Below, one piece after another: positions 22,312 through 35,553 of a DNA stretch of 64,000 nt. Both the position numbers and the translations under genes were made by a program. A model generated the notes under the pieces. That model did no database searches, was not told where the DNA came from, and saw only the letters and a program-made list of their open reading frames with translations. Origin of the DNA: Calcarisporiella thermophila CBS 279.70 (lineage: Eukaryota > Fungi > Calcarisporiellomycota); assembly GCF_041956535.1 (NCBI RefSeq), contig NW_027192193.1, positions 1,293,192 to 1,357,191 of the forward strand, read 5' to 3'. Position 1 is the first letter of the stretch; every line of letters starts with the position of its first letter.

Positions 22312-25300
22312 ATGGACTCAAAATATAATCAGGTGGTAGACGAAAGAACACGTCTCCCCGCAACTGTGGAGCCTTCTCCCATCAAAGTATCACTCGATAA
22401 ACCGCTCCCATCCCCGACGCATTCTCCTCTTAATCATTCGACGCATAGGCGAAGTGAGTACACAGTGGCCCCGTTGATCCTGAGGGGGTGGGGTAGTAGG
22501 ATTTCTAATCATCATTTTATTTGTGGATGTATTAGCCCCATCTAATGCAAGCCAAGTATCCAATAAGTCGTTACCACCAGAGCCAAAAACTCCTGAAAGG
22601 CTATATGGCTACGGCCGGATGATGGAGAGTGCTGGCCTGCCGTCAACCAAATCTACACCCCATTTGCCACGAAATTCGAACGAGCTAGAAAATATGGATC
22701 AACTCCCAGGGTTACCAGAGAAGCCCATCAGCCGAACTCATCAACGAGGTATGTGTTTTGGAACATCCCCGTTGGGTTGCTCTTCTTTACTTTCTTACAG
22801 ATGTCTGAATGATGACGCTGGAATGTGTTGTACTAGCTCCTTCAAACGGAAGTCAGTTCTCCTTCACCATATCACTCGCCCAAGAAAGCATCCCGCCTAC
22901 ATTTAATGATTTTGATGGGGTGCATCACCCCGCTTCTCAACTCGCGCAGCCACCTCTTCCAAAAAATAAAATCGGTGGTATTGCACTCCGTCGAAGTAAA
23001 TGTCTCTGCGATTATAACATGATAGGCGTTTCGATGATTAACTTGTATATAATTTGCCAACCACCTAGTTCCCTCGAATAGCAGCCAGCTTTCCACCCAG
23101 CTCTCACCTATTAATACCCGTCGGTCGTTCGAGAGCCTGCGTTCAGCACGCATGATCCAGGCTACGTCTACAGACCGTACACACTCCCTCTCCTCCAACT
23201 ACTCGCTTGATATTCCTCCCTCTGAGCGCTCGCTTACCCCGACCAGGCTTCGCGCGCCCATCGTTTACCCTGCCCTTTTGTCTCGTGTGGCATTGGCTTT
23301 TCGCCAACGAATCACACTCAACACACGAAACAAAGACTCGCTATCATACACGGATTGTTTCGACGGGCGTGAGGCGGTGGATGTTTTGGCGCAGATTATC
23401 AGAACCACCGACAGAAACCTGGCTTTGCTAGTGGGGCGAGCATTGGATTCGCAGAAGTTCTTTCATGATGTGACCTATGATCATCGCTTGCGGGATTCCG
23501 CCACGGAATTGTACCGACTGCGAGAAAATGTCACCGTTGCTCCACCGTTACCCCCAGATGACGACCTTCCCCCCGAGAGTCCAGTGACGCCCTCTCCTGA
23601 ACAATTGCTGGAGGAAGAGGGGGATCTTCCAAATGGTGTTTTTACACTGTTGACAGATTGTTACTCGCCCACTTGTACACGATCTAAACTCTGCTATAGC
23701 ATTGCTTGCCCAAGGCGCTTGGAGCAGGTAAAGATATTGTTGCTTCATTGGCTGTATTTGGATTAAACACTAGAAATTTACTAATTCGAATCAATATTTT
23801 AATTTCGAACTTTAGCAAGCGAGGTTGAATTTAGGTGGTGGCCTTAACCGCTCGGTTAGCCAGATGTCCAACCATGAAGTTCAACAGGTAAATTATCAAA
23901 AAAAATTGGTACATATTCCATACTTCTATAATTCTCACTTTTGTAATTTTTTGTCTTTTTCCCGCTTTCGAAATTTTGTCTCTAGGATCAACGGCTGTGG
24001 ATCCATTCTGTACCAAAGGAAATTGCTGACTCGGTATCTTCGGAGGAGCGCAAGCGCCAAGAAAATATTTTTGAACTTATTTATACAGAAAAAGACTTTG
24101 TTTCTGATATGGAATACCTTCGTGAGGTACATTTCGATTCCTTTGCTATTTTTGCGCGAACACTGTTTACTAACGAATTGAGCAAATTTAGTTCTGGATT
24201 AGGCCTCTTCTCACTACCAACATCATACCGGAGGATCGTCGTGACAAATTTGTGCACGATGTATTCTACAATATTCTCGAGGTGCATGCAATTAATGCTC
24301 GTATGTGCGACGCGTTGCAAAAGCGCCAGAACGCCTATGCGGTGGTGGATCAGATTGGCGATTTGTTGCTTGACCATGTGGTTAATTTCGAACCCTTTGT
24401 GCGCTATGGTGCTCACCAAATGATTGGCAAATATGTATTTGAGCGCGAGCGAGCAGTGAATCAATTATTTGCACAGTTCGTTCATGAGATCGAGCGCCGA
24501 CCCGAGTCGAGGAAACTCGAATTGAACGGCTACCTTACCAAGCCTACTACACGACTTGCGCGGTACAACTTGTTGCTTGGACAAATACTGAAGCACACAC
24601 CGGAAGGGCATCCGGACCACGTGAATATTCCACGAGTGATGGAGATCATCCGAGAGTTCTTGAACCGCGTCAATGTCGAAACGGGTAAAACGGAAAACCG
24701 GTTTAACTTGGAGCAACTCCACGAGCGCATCGTGTTCAAAGCTGGGAGCGAGCCGGTCGACCTTCATCTTCTGGATAGCCACCGACAGCTGATCTTGAAA
24801 GGGCCTCTGAATCGCAAGGGCGGCGATCAGAACTCGGATTTGCAGGTCTTTTTGTTTGATCATATGCTAGTTTTTACGAAGATCAAGATTATCCACAAGT
24901 TTGAGCAATATCGCGTCCACAAATACGTGAGTGATCATGAGCCCCCTTATCTCACCGCCGCCAACGAGTACATTTGACTAATATTTTTCTACTGTTTTAT
25001 TTTTTGTCACCATTGCTTTAGCCTATACCATTGGAGCTTCTCCAAGTCTCATGCCCTGACCAACATCACCACGGTCGTCGCCCAAGCTCCATTCTTCCGT
25101 ATAGTCGCAGCACCCCCAATATTGCTACCCCTCCCACTACTACCAAAACCGAGATGAAGACAGGATATCCCATCATGTTTGTCCACCTTGGTCGCAAGGA
25201 GGCCACTCCACTCACCTTGTACGCCCCAACGCAGATGGGTCGCCGTCAGTGGTTGGACAAGATTGAGAAGCAGAGGAAGATGATTTTCGAGCGGACACGA

Positions 25301-26660
25301 ATATTTGCCACTAACAGTCTATCTGAAAAGCACTTTCCAAGTCACAACAAGGTCAATTGCTCGACCACCTTCGGTAAGTTTAATTATTATTTGAGAGAGG
25401 GTCTCTTCAGATTCTTTCATTAACACGATTTTTTTTCCATATATACAGAGAATGGAAAAAAGATTATTTATGGCACAAATTTCGGTTTGAGTGTGGGCAC
25501 ACCCGGGAGCTCGAACAAGCAACTTCAGTACGTCCTCACGATCGAGAAGGTCTCACAGGTCGAAGTCATCGAGGAGGCACGGATTGTCCTTGTTCTAGCA
25601 GATAGAAATCTTTATTCGTATCCTCTCGAAATTCTGGATCCTGACGACACCAACCCTGCCAATCGACGCGGCCGTCGAATAAGCTCTCACGTGTCCTTCT
25701 TCAAATATGGAACTTGCATGGAGAGAAATTTGATCTGTGTTGTGAAGAGCAATACGCTAAGCACAACGATCAAAGCTCTGGAGCCGCAGCTGGTGTCTGG
25801 AAGCCGGAAGAGCAGGCCGAGTTTGGGGCGACTGTTACGCGGAGGCAACGATAACCTGAGGATCTATAAAATACTGTATATCCCAACCGAGTCCACCTCC
25901 ATCCACTTTCTGAAGACAAAGCTATGCGTCGGCTGTACGAAGGGATTTGAGATCGTCGACCTGGAGACCCTCAATACCCAAGGCCTCCTGGACCCCGACG
26001 ACGAGTCCCTACATTTTGCGCAAAAGCGAGAAAATGTGTGCCCGATAGCTATCTACCGCGTTCGGAGCGGAGAGTTCCTGCTATGTTACGACGAGTTTGC
26101 TTTTTACGTGGACAAGAATGGAAGACGCACTCGCCGTGACTGGCTGGTCTCTTGGGAGGGCCGGCCGACTGCCTTTGCCTTCTTGAGCCCGTTTGTGGTT
26201 GGATTTGAGCCGCGGTTTATTGAAGTCTGGAACGTGTACACCGTAAGTAGCCTCATATCACAGTGGCTCGAATTGATGTAGTGATTGACTGAACGTTTTA
26301 TGAATCAAATAGGGCGTAAGAGAACAGGTCATTCAAGGAACCAACATTCGATGTCTCACTCCAAATGTTCTCCATGGGCCCATTCATGCTGTGATGGACG
26401 ACGGCGATTGGCAGTATGTCTTTTCGCTCTCGCTCTCCGAAAAAGGAATGGAGCTAGCCGCAACGACCATAGAGCGCTCAAAGTCGGCAGGTACGACAAC
26501 AGGAAAAGGCGGCTGGAAGAGCAAGAAATTGCCAGCGACCCCCCCCTCTTCGACGTGGAATCCGAATGCGGTCCCTCCACAGCCACCTCCTCATCGGGCG
26601 GTACCAACTTCGGCCCTGAGTATTACTTCAGAGGGGAGTGATACTTCACCCTTGATCTGA
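22312..26660 (+). CDS. ROM2: Rho1 guanine nucleotide exchange factor (DEP-DH-PH-CNH), multi-exon
   Basis: VYPALLSRVA, TDRNLALLVGRALDSQKFFHDVTYDHRLRDS, PNGVFTLLTDCYSPTC, ERKRQENIFELIYTE, SRKLELNGYLTKPTTRLARY, FLKTKLCVGCTKGFEIV (CNH). Confidence 0.95.
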
Positions 26661-27047
26661 GTCCTAGCTATTTGATTTTTTTTTGTTTTGCTCTGATTCC
26701 ACTTAAAGTTTAGAAAATAGCTTGATTTATATACTCGCGATTATTTTTTTCTCATATAATCCTTTTTTTTATTTTTGAGATTTTATATTACCATATATTT
26801 GTACATCAATTTACTTCTCTCATCTCCATCCTTTTCTCCCGTGCTTTTCTTTTACACATTTTTTTCTATATCTGTTTGTTTTTTTATTTTAATGTAGAGT
26901 AAAAAAATATTGATTAAAATATTAAGTGTTTGATTGATTTCCATTTTTTTTCTCACCATAATCTGCTATTATTTGCCGAAATATATATTATTCATGCTTA
27001 TATACTGATAAGAAACTTTGGCAATATACACAAACGTAGAGTGTAAG

Positions 27048-28140
27048 TTAAATAAGTTCCGTGTCGTTTTCTGTGACTTCACGTTCATCCCAAAACCCAT
27101 CGTCCACTGTCATAATTTTTTCCGGGTCGAACGATTGCCAGCAGGTGTCATTGAAGACACAATTATCTTCAAAGGAAGAAGGGAATTCTACACACTGTAG
27201 GAGTGTAAGAGAGGGGAGTAAGTAGGGTGCCTTGCGATTTAGCGTTGCTTCCGTGTTACTATACATCCATAGAGAGTAGGAGAAAGGGGTTTAATTCAAT
27301 CAGGGCGAACACGAGAAACGAGGTGGAGAAAAGTGACCTACTTTTCAGCATACTTTTCAATTCGATTACCGATCAAGACGAGCTTTTCCAACTTTTCCTG
27401 TGACCAGTTTGAGCCTAGTAGGTTGCTGTAGAGTGTCTGGCTACAGTGCGGCATATAGAAAAGAGTGGGGAGGGATATAGGTCTTTTAGCACGCTAACAT
27501 CATAAGATTACGGCTGTCAGGAGATAGTAGCATAAATAACTGAACACAACCATAACATACCTCGTTGGTAGGTATAAGGAGCATGTCGTAATGTGCGAGA
27601 ACATCATGGTCTTCAGTCGTGAATATAGGGTCATAAATATATACCTTGCCTGTTATCTATTAGAACAGAAGCATATAGGCATCCTTATCAATTTCGGATA
27701 CTTTTTGTTTAGCTGGAGGGTTACCTCAAGTATTTCACGAAGCTTCAATAAGAGCGCAAACTGGAATTGTGATATTCGCGAACTTAGAGTGCCAATACCA
27801 TAGCATACAATGTCGTGAAAGGGCAATTTGCACACTTTGGTGGCAAGAAGATCTAAGAACACAAAGTCATAAATCAATGAAATGCCAAAATTGACACAGC
27901 AAAACAGAAGGAGAAGAGGAACAATAGGAGGATACCGAGTAGCTCGCTATAGAATTTGCTTGCAACCAGCGACTCTATTCTTGACTCGATGCTTTCCTTT
28001 AGAGACACTGTTTGGGGTTGTTTCCGGCGGCCTCGCTTTTTATTGATAACTGGCTTATAATTAAAGGCACCATTCGTTGGCGTTGTGGTAGCTACTGCCG
28101 CTGCATCTGTTGCAGTCGACACATGGTTGAGGTCCTTCAT
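27048..28140 (-). CDS. SRR1-domain protein (SRR1/Ber1-like)
   Basis: DIVCYGIG, SQFQFALLL, IYDPIF, TLFYMPHC...LYSNLLGSNW, LIGN, VFNDT. Confidence 0.88.
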
Positions 28141-28324
28141 TTTAAGGTGGGGATATGCAATATGGGGGAATGGGTGCAAATAAAAGTTATCTGGGGGGTG
28201 GCGCAGACGGGCTAGCCCAGCCACATAATGTCACTCCTCGTAACCATATATTCATTCTACGGCTTTTTGGCCTGGGCTTGGATCAGTCGGAGACGCGGTT
28301 GATTTTGAAGAAGCAAGATTCAGG

Positions 28325-30523
28325 ATGGTTCGTGGAGCCGAGTTCAAGAGTGACATATATGAATACCTCGAGGCACTTCCCACAACAACCTTCCAAAGAC
28401 TATTCTTGAAACCAGCGACATGTCTTGCTATTTTCAGGTGAATTCTCTGATAAATAATAATTTTGAAGAGCAAACAAAAATGGAGATTAGAGGTGATTAA
28501 AACTCATTTATCTCATATCATTAAAGACTGCTTCCGAGCCTAGCACGGCAGTTTGTCATGGCAATGCTCTACGTTAAACAGCCGATACCAATACAACAAT
28601 TGTCGCGGTGGGTTGTTGTTGAAGCAGCCAAGTAAGTGGAATGCATCTGCCTTTTTCGCCAATATAGTCGTAATAGATTCATCGATTTCTTTAAATTTAG
28701 AAAGCGATCGGACAGCTTGGCCAAATTAGCCAAGCTTCACGTTGTAACGGAGAAGAATGGCATGCTTGTAATGGACGAAACTTTTCGGCTTCAATTTCAA
28801 AACGCTTTAACCGGAGGGTAATGCATACACGCATTTGGGCGTGATTATACTTTTAAATCAATGCGGTTTTTATAATGGTCATATATTTAATATATTAGAG
28901 GAACGGATCAGAGCTTTGGCCTTCCATGTTCTTCAGCGGACAAGCATAAAGTAGATATCGAGTTTTTAGATAACTACGCGAATCAGCAGTGGAGTGTGAG
29001 TTAATGTATCAAGAGAATGTACTCAGCAGCTCCTTTATAGCTAAAGTGAATATAGGCCATTTTGCATTTCATGGTTGGCACTACGACAAGCAAGCGGCCA
29101 AGTAAAGGAGTTTTAAAACTCATGAGGCGCTCTGGGCTTATGGCCGAGTGAGTGAAAGAGCGGCAGCAATGAGAACCTAAATATAGAGACTGACTCATAT
29201 TCTGCTGTTAAAGTTCGGAAGGATCATCCGGTCAGAGAATTACACATAAAGGCTTCCAGTTCTTATTACAAGACGTGAATACCCAGGTCTGGGCGTTTTT
29301 ATTGCAGTATCTCGATATGGCAGAGGTAAAAAGAACACAACCTAGGATATCAGTTCGCAAGAGGGTACCTAGTATTAATTCGGTTGGACATCAAACTAAC
29401 TCACTTTTGTATTGATTTGAATCCTGCAGAACTTGGACATGGATTTGGTCGAAGTTCTTAACTTCTTTTTCCAGTTGGGAAGTCTCGAGTTGGGTCGGGA
29501 TTATTCAGTCGAAACGCTGACACCTACTCAAAGACAAATGTTAGAGGATCTGAGGGACTACGGAATTGTTTACCAGCGAAAAGTATGGGAGAGTTAATCT
29601 AGTATGTTTTTGCAAGAGCCAGTTGTCATATGGCCTTTATGATTTCTAGGGAAGTTCGAGACGATATTATCCAACACGCCTAGCCACTACACTCACCACT
29701 GGCAGCACTCCATTCGTTAACGGCAAGGGCGTGGGGCCCCACGATGACTCCGCAGCAGGGAGTGGTAAAGCGACGACAGAGCTTGAAGCAGATGCTGGCT
29801 TTTTAATCTTAGAGACAAACTATCGGTTGTATGCATACACAGGTATTGCTCTATCTTTGCATATTTTAGCGCCAAGCAATATTGTAATTCTAAGTTTTGT
29901 TATGGTAATTACTAGATTCCACTCTGGTTATTTCTATATTGAATCTATTCACGAGTCTTAAAACGCGTTTCCCGAATATGGTTGCGGGGATGATAACACG
30001 TGATAGCGTTAGATCCGCTCTTTCAAAAGGAATTACCGCGGACCAAGTAAATAGCAGCGTTTGAGAGCGTTGTTGCCTTTATATCAACCCTGTCCTCTTA
30101 CTTCTCGTTTTTAGATTATAGCTTATTTGACGACCCACGCGCACTCGCAGATGCGGAAAAAGGTAAGCAAATAACATCCAAGTCCCTATTCGTATGCTTA
30201 TTCGATGTGATTCGCTGATTTCATTTTAGTCACCCGTCTTACCCCCCACTGTGGTTGACCAAATTCGGCTTTGGGAAATGGAGCTCAATCGCATGCAGTC
30301 CACCCCCGGCTATCTCTACCAGCAATTCAATACGCGCGCCGACTATGAACTTGTGGTCAAATACGCGTCCGATCTCGGTGTATTGCGGTGGAGTAGCGCG
30401 AAGTTGCGTATGTTTGTGGTAACCGTGGAGGGACATGAAATGGTAAAAGCGTTTATTAAAAGGAGGATGAAACCCACCGGGAACGGGACGGCTACCGCCA
30501 CAGCCAGCCCTGCACCGTCGTGA
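28325..30523 (+). CDS. TFB2: TFIIH subunit Tfb2/p52, many exons
   Basis: [95 protein letters not shown]. Confidence 0.95.
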
Positions 30524-30890
30524 CACAGACTATCTGTTTTCAGCTCCACTAACTTAGCCTTGAATTCGTTTTTTCTATTGCATTTATTTTTTTCCCTCTT
30601 GCATATCTCTTCCTCCTCGCCCCTCAATTTCTTCCTCCTTATCCACCACTCTCCATTTTCTACGAAAAGGCTGAGAATAATGAAAACAGAAGAGCAAAAA
30701 AAAATTCATTTATATATTATTTATTTAATAATAATAAAATGATTGCATTATATTGTCGCAATTTTTGATGGTTCCAAAATTGAATCAAAAAGATAGCAGA
30801 TAAAAATCAAAAGTCGAATAAATAGCAAATCGCATGAATATATCACATTAAGAACTAAAAAGCATATCTTTCATTAAGAGTAGATTTCAG

Positions 30891-32280
30891 TTATTCGTAT
30901 CCCTTCACCATTTCTTCAAACTGCCCTTCCATCTTACATCGCTCGGAACACACGCGGAAAAGCAGCGGGACATCAGCATTGCTCAGCAATCGTGCGGCCC
31001 AAACAAGCACTTCCAGTGCAGGGGTGACAAATATTTTTTCACAGATCGCGCATCTGTTTGTCTCTGCAGCATCGATTAGGGTGGTGTGTAGGTGACGGGG
31101 GAGATCGCGTTTGATGAGGTGTGAGGATTTGCAAACATCACGGTCTCCGTTTAAAATCGTGCGCGCTGCCTGTTCCCACAGACTTGTGGGTGAACAGGCC
31201 TGCGTGTGGACACGAGTTTTGATGGGGGTGGTAACCGAGGCTCCATTATGTACAAGGTTGGTTCCCTCCTCCTGTTGATCGGTTTGTGATTGAGAGTTGA
31301 TGTCTTCTATCATCGGCTGTGGCTGCTGCTCGTTATCTGCCATCGAAGGGGTGTCACGCTGTGTATCATCGGGAGGGGGAGAGAGAAGGGGGTTGGGTGT
31401 CAGGGTGAGTATTTTGAGCTTTTTTAGCCGTAGGATCTCGGCAGGCATATATGTCTAATGGTGGTGGATTAGTGTCCAGGGCGTATAAGAAGAAGTATCG
31501 TCGATATTCACATACCAATCGGTTGTTACCCAACGATAACTCGACGAGGTTCGTTAACAGTCCAATTTGTGGTGGCACTTGTTCCAACTTGTTGTTTCCT
31601 AGATACAGTTCGTCAGCACGAATATGTTGCATACATTGAGCAACGCTTATCTGGACTTACGTAGACTTAAGACACTTAGATTTCGTAGTTGGAATAATTC
31701 TGGACTAAGGGAGCGGAGTGAATTTGAGGAGAGAAAGAGCTTGAGGGTGTTGTGACAAATGACGTCCTGTGAAAGAACAAAAACATGCTGTAACTCTGCT
31801 ATCTCGGGTGGTAACTGAGTCAGATTCATATCACTATCGAGCAGTCATTTAGCGATCTTCCTGAATACACAATGTGTTTGATTCGCGATCTTACCTGAAA
31901 TCGATATGATCAACGTTGTTTTCAATCGCATAGTTGATGGTTTCGCGTATTCGTTCTTCCACACTTCGCAGAGTAATGAGTTTGAAGCTTGGTACTCTCT
32001 CTAGTCTTCTCCTTAGCTGGGCAGGCGATGGAGGGGGTGACCAGTTATTGGACGAGGCGGAGCGCTTCAATCCGCACTGAAAAAAATCGTGCGAAGTGTA
32101 GATTTGGGACGGAGGTGTTGAAGAGCCATCAAAAGGAATTAAATTTTCATGATGTGAATGTTGTGAGATTGTGGGGACTAGTTGGGGCACGGTCTCTTCA
32201 CGGCTTGCTGATTCCATAGAGATTCGTCTCGGTTTTTCAAAAGGCCAGCGCTCTCCGACGCTAAATGGGTGGAACGACAT
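30891..32280 (-). CDS. Leucine-rich repeat protein with C-terminal Cys motif
   Basis: LTQLPPEIAEL, LFLSSNSLRSLSPEL, LSLRNNKLEQVPPQIGLLTNLVELSLGNNRL; C-terminal CAIC...RVCSERC. Confidence 0.85.
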
Positions 32281-32541
32281 TCTGAATGATCTTTGCACTG
32301 CTGGTATATACTCTTATATGAGCTGATATATTACAACCGATGTTGATGATGTTAGGGTTTGGATTGTAGGCATATAGTATCTTGAAAAGATGGAGAAAGT
32401 ATGAGTAGAGGAAACTGGCGTTAGCATTTCTGGTTTAAAAATCTTTGGGCTATCCAACCCGTAAATATCCGAGATATCTTCATATGAAGTCACATTTAAT
32501 ATGTTGATGCTGAAGAATTACGGGCCAAAATAAAGAGGACC

Positions 32542-33497
32542 ATGGTACCTCCAACGCGGTACAGAAGATTATTATGCAATGTTGTACCGCTACTATTCCA
32601 ACATGGCAGGCAGAGCCCTCGTAATATTTACGAGAGGGGATTTCGAATGCAACTGACTAGTGGAAGAGACAATGGTAAACTGCTACATGTCTCGAGATTC
32701 TGTCTGATAGATCATGTCTAATTATTTTTTTTTAAGTTGCCAGTAAAGCAGAAAAATGTGATCGAATTGCAGAAGGAAGTGTTTTGGAAAGAAGACCCAA
32801 GAAACTAAACGCGGTAAATTGCACAAGCATCTGTTTATATATTCATTTTTCAATTAGTAATAGGTAGTTTATGTAGTTGCCCTCCATGCCAGAGACCGAC
32901 GTGCAAAGATTATTTAAAGGTCCATTTTCGACAATTAGCATGGAATGCTTCAAGCTAGCAGTGCTTGCTTGGCCAGAGGGTGTTGTCTATAAACGTACTT
33001 GCAAATTGTCCAATTCTCTATACCATTATTTTTACCGAGCCTACTTTCTATGTAGACAAGAAAACTGGCGAACCAGTGCCGTATCGTGTTGCGTTTATTA
33101 CCACAAAGAAGGAGGTGAGTAAATCAGCGGTTGTAAGGCATCGTGCAGGAAGACGAGTTCGTGAAGCGGCGCGGCTATTTTTTCCCAATCTTGCGCGTGA
33201 AGGTAGGAACACTGGGATCCATATTTCTTTCATATCACTTGGATTTTAATTCGTCTTTAATACACAGCACATGATTTCTTCTTCTTTGTCAAACGCAGCG
33301 CACTTAGCGCCGAGTGGACTGAACTGGTTGAGTCGATGAGAAAGGCATTGCTCGATCCTAAGCTATACGGAAGGAAGAAGAAGTCGAGCGTAATAGTAAC
33401 GCGGGGAGAAGCTGGGCCGTTACCCATGGCAACTTCGACGAGGAATCGCAGTTTAGGCAGTGGGATACGAAACAAAATAAAGAAAACACAAATATAG
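32542..33497 (+). CDS. rnpA: Bacterial-type ribonuclease P protein component (RnpA/C5-like), nuclear-encoded, putatively mitochondrial; 5 predicted exons
   Basis: Predicted exons 32542-32674, 32737-32813, 32877-32994, 33056-33202 and 33268-33497 join in frame (234 aa). They encode DVQRLFK...FKLAVL...YRVAFITTKKEVSKSAVVRHRAGRRVREAARL...HDFFFFVKRSALSAEWTELVESMRKAL. The N-terminus is Arg-rich. Confidence 0.8.
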
Positions 33498-33607
33498 AAA
33501 ATAGACGCTAGTTGTATTAATTTAGACTCCTACAAAATCGATTCGAACAGCAACTTAATTCACTGCGAAACTTCGACCTTTCTCTCTAAATTCGTAAAGA
33601 GCGAGAA

Positions 33608-35123
33608 ATGTCACTTGCAGTAGGAAACACCCCGCTAATTGCGCTCAATTTCGAAACAGAAAGTTCCATCGAAATTCTCGCTAAACTTGAATACCAAAAT
33701 CCGAGCGGCAGCATCAAAGATCGCATTGCACGATGGGTATTAAATGGTAGATTAAACATTTAATCATCACTCTCTATCTTATCTAATCTGGATATATATA
33801 CTATTGATTGGTCTAGATCTTCATGCTAAAGGAAAACTCTCCCCTGATGCTACGTACATCATATCAACTAATGGAAATTTCGGCATCAGTGTTACTCTTC
33901 AACTTTCCCGACTTCTTCGCCCTGCGAATAAACACAAGGTGATTTGCGTTGTCCCCGAGCGCACAAGCACCGATGCAGTTCGCATTCTGAAAACGCTTGG
34001 GGTTGAGATAGTACGTACTCCCAATGAAGCTCGACCAGATGCTAATGAGGGAAGTGCCGCAGTCGCCTATCGACTTGCCCAGCAATTCAGAAATGTCGTA
34101 GTCTTGGATGAGAATAAATGTTGTGGCTTTGTGGAAGCATATAAGCAACTTGCCGACGAGATATACGAGCAATGCGATGGGAAGCTTGACAAATTGTATG
34201 TTGGCGTGAGCACTGGTGGAACAATATCGGGCCTAGCTACCCTCCTTAAGGAAAAAATCCCAGATTTGCAGGTCGTTGGTGTCGAACCTGCTGGATCCAA
34301 GATTGGTGAGAACGGCGGCTCCAGTTCCCAGCAACAATTCCACGGAGGTGCCCCAATATCTAACTGGAAGGTCGAGGACATCGGGTCGCTTTTCGAACCC
34401 CCTTGTCTGCGACGAGAGGTGGTGGACACATGGGTCAAGGTCTCTGACAAAGACGCTTATTCTATGGCTCGAAGACTTATCCGAGAGGAGGGACTCCTTG
34501 CTGGCCCTTCTTCTGGTGCTGTTGTGAGCGCTGCTCTCAACTCCACCCAGCAATCTGCGTCTCGCGTTGTCGTGGTTTTTAACGATAGCGCAAGAAATTA
34601 TACCGGAACGCTGCTCTCTGATGAATGGATGCTTTCTGAAGACTTAATGGCGGAGTCAATGGCCCGCACGATTGCCTATCTTGAAAGTGAAAGGTATCGT
34701 GCTGCGAGTGTCGAGGATCTCCAGCTCCCTCCTGCGGTCACAGTTTCTCCTACCTCAACCCTGGCACACGCGCATGACACCATGATGGAAAGAGAGTTCT
34801 CGCAGCTGCCGGTGCTCGACGCCGATCGCAAACTTGTTGGCTACATATCGCTCGATACCATTGCAACACATTTGAGCGATGGGAGCGCCAGTCCCACTGA
34901 CGAAGTCTCGAAATGGATGATTTCGTTCCACAAGCGAGGGCGTGGAGGACAAAAACGGGAATATACGGTCATCACTCCTGATACGCCTCTATCGCAACTT
35001 GCCAAATTCCTGGAGCATCATTCATTTGCGGTGGTGACCGATTCCTACGATGTAAGATGGTGTCTGGGGATAGTAACCAAATTTGACCTGTTGACCTTTT
35101 TGAATCGGCGCGGAGGAATGTAG
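33608..35123 (+). CDS. Divergent cystathionine beta-synthase-like protein (fold-type II PLP domain plus CBS-domain pair); 2 exons
   Basis: VGNTPL, KLEYQNPSGSIKDR (PLP Lys), GVSTGGT, VVGVEP, MARRLIREEGLLAGPSSG; C-terminal FSQLPVLD...LVGYIS and LGIVTKFDLL. Intron about 33747-33816. Confidence 0.85.
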
Positions 35124-35553
35124 AACTAGAGGTTCTTGGGGGCTCATGTGAATACAAAAATTATAATAAAATGGAACAAGCATATATATATATTTTTCAA
35201 ACTGAGGAAACTTGAAGAGCATAAATGATTGAATTAGAAAGAGAAAAAGTGAATAGGAATATAAAGCCTATCCTTTTCATGAAATATATGTAATATATGT
35301 AAGAAGAAAAGGGGGAAGAGAAATAAAACACATCAAAGTAATGGGTAAAAGTCCGACTGTACAGATATAGATTATATATTCAGCACTTTAAAATGGTAAA
35401 GAGTCGTTGGCTTTAGGAAAATAATAAAAAAGGGGGAAAATACAGGCAGCTATAATAAAACAATGATAGAAAAATGAAAGCAAAAGCAAAATGAATGAGA
35501 AGATTATTATAGTTCCAGAGTGATTGATAGGCTAAATTTTTGGATACTATTTA

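Noticed and set aside
27930-27936. SRR1 intron 1 donor GTATCCTC resembling a U12-type 5' splice site
   Set aside because: One mismatch to GTATCCTT and no convincing TCCTTAAC branch point, so it is treated as an ordinary intron.
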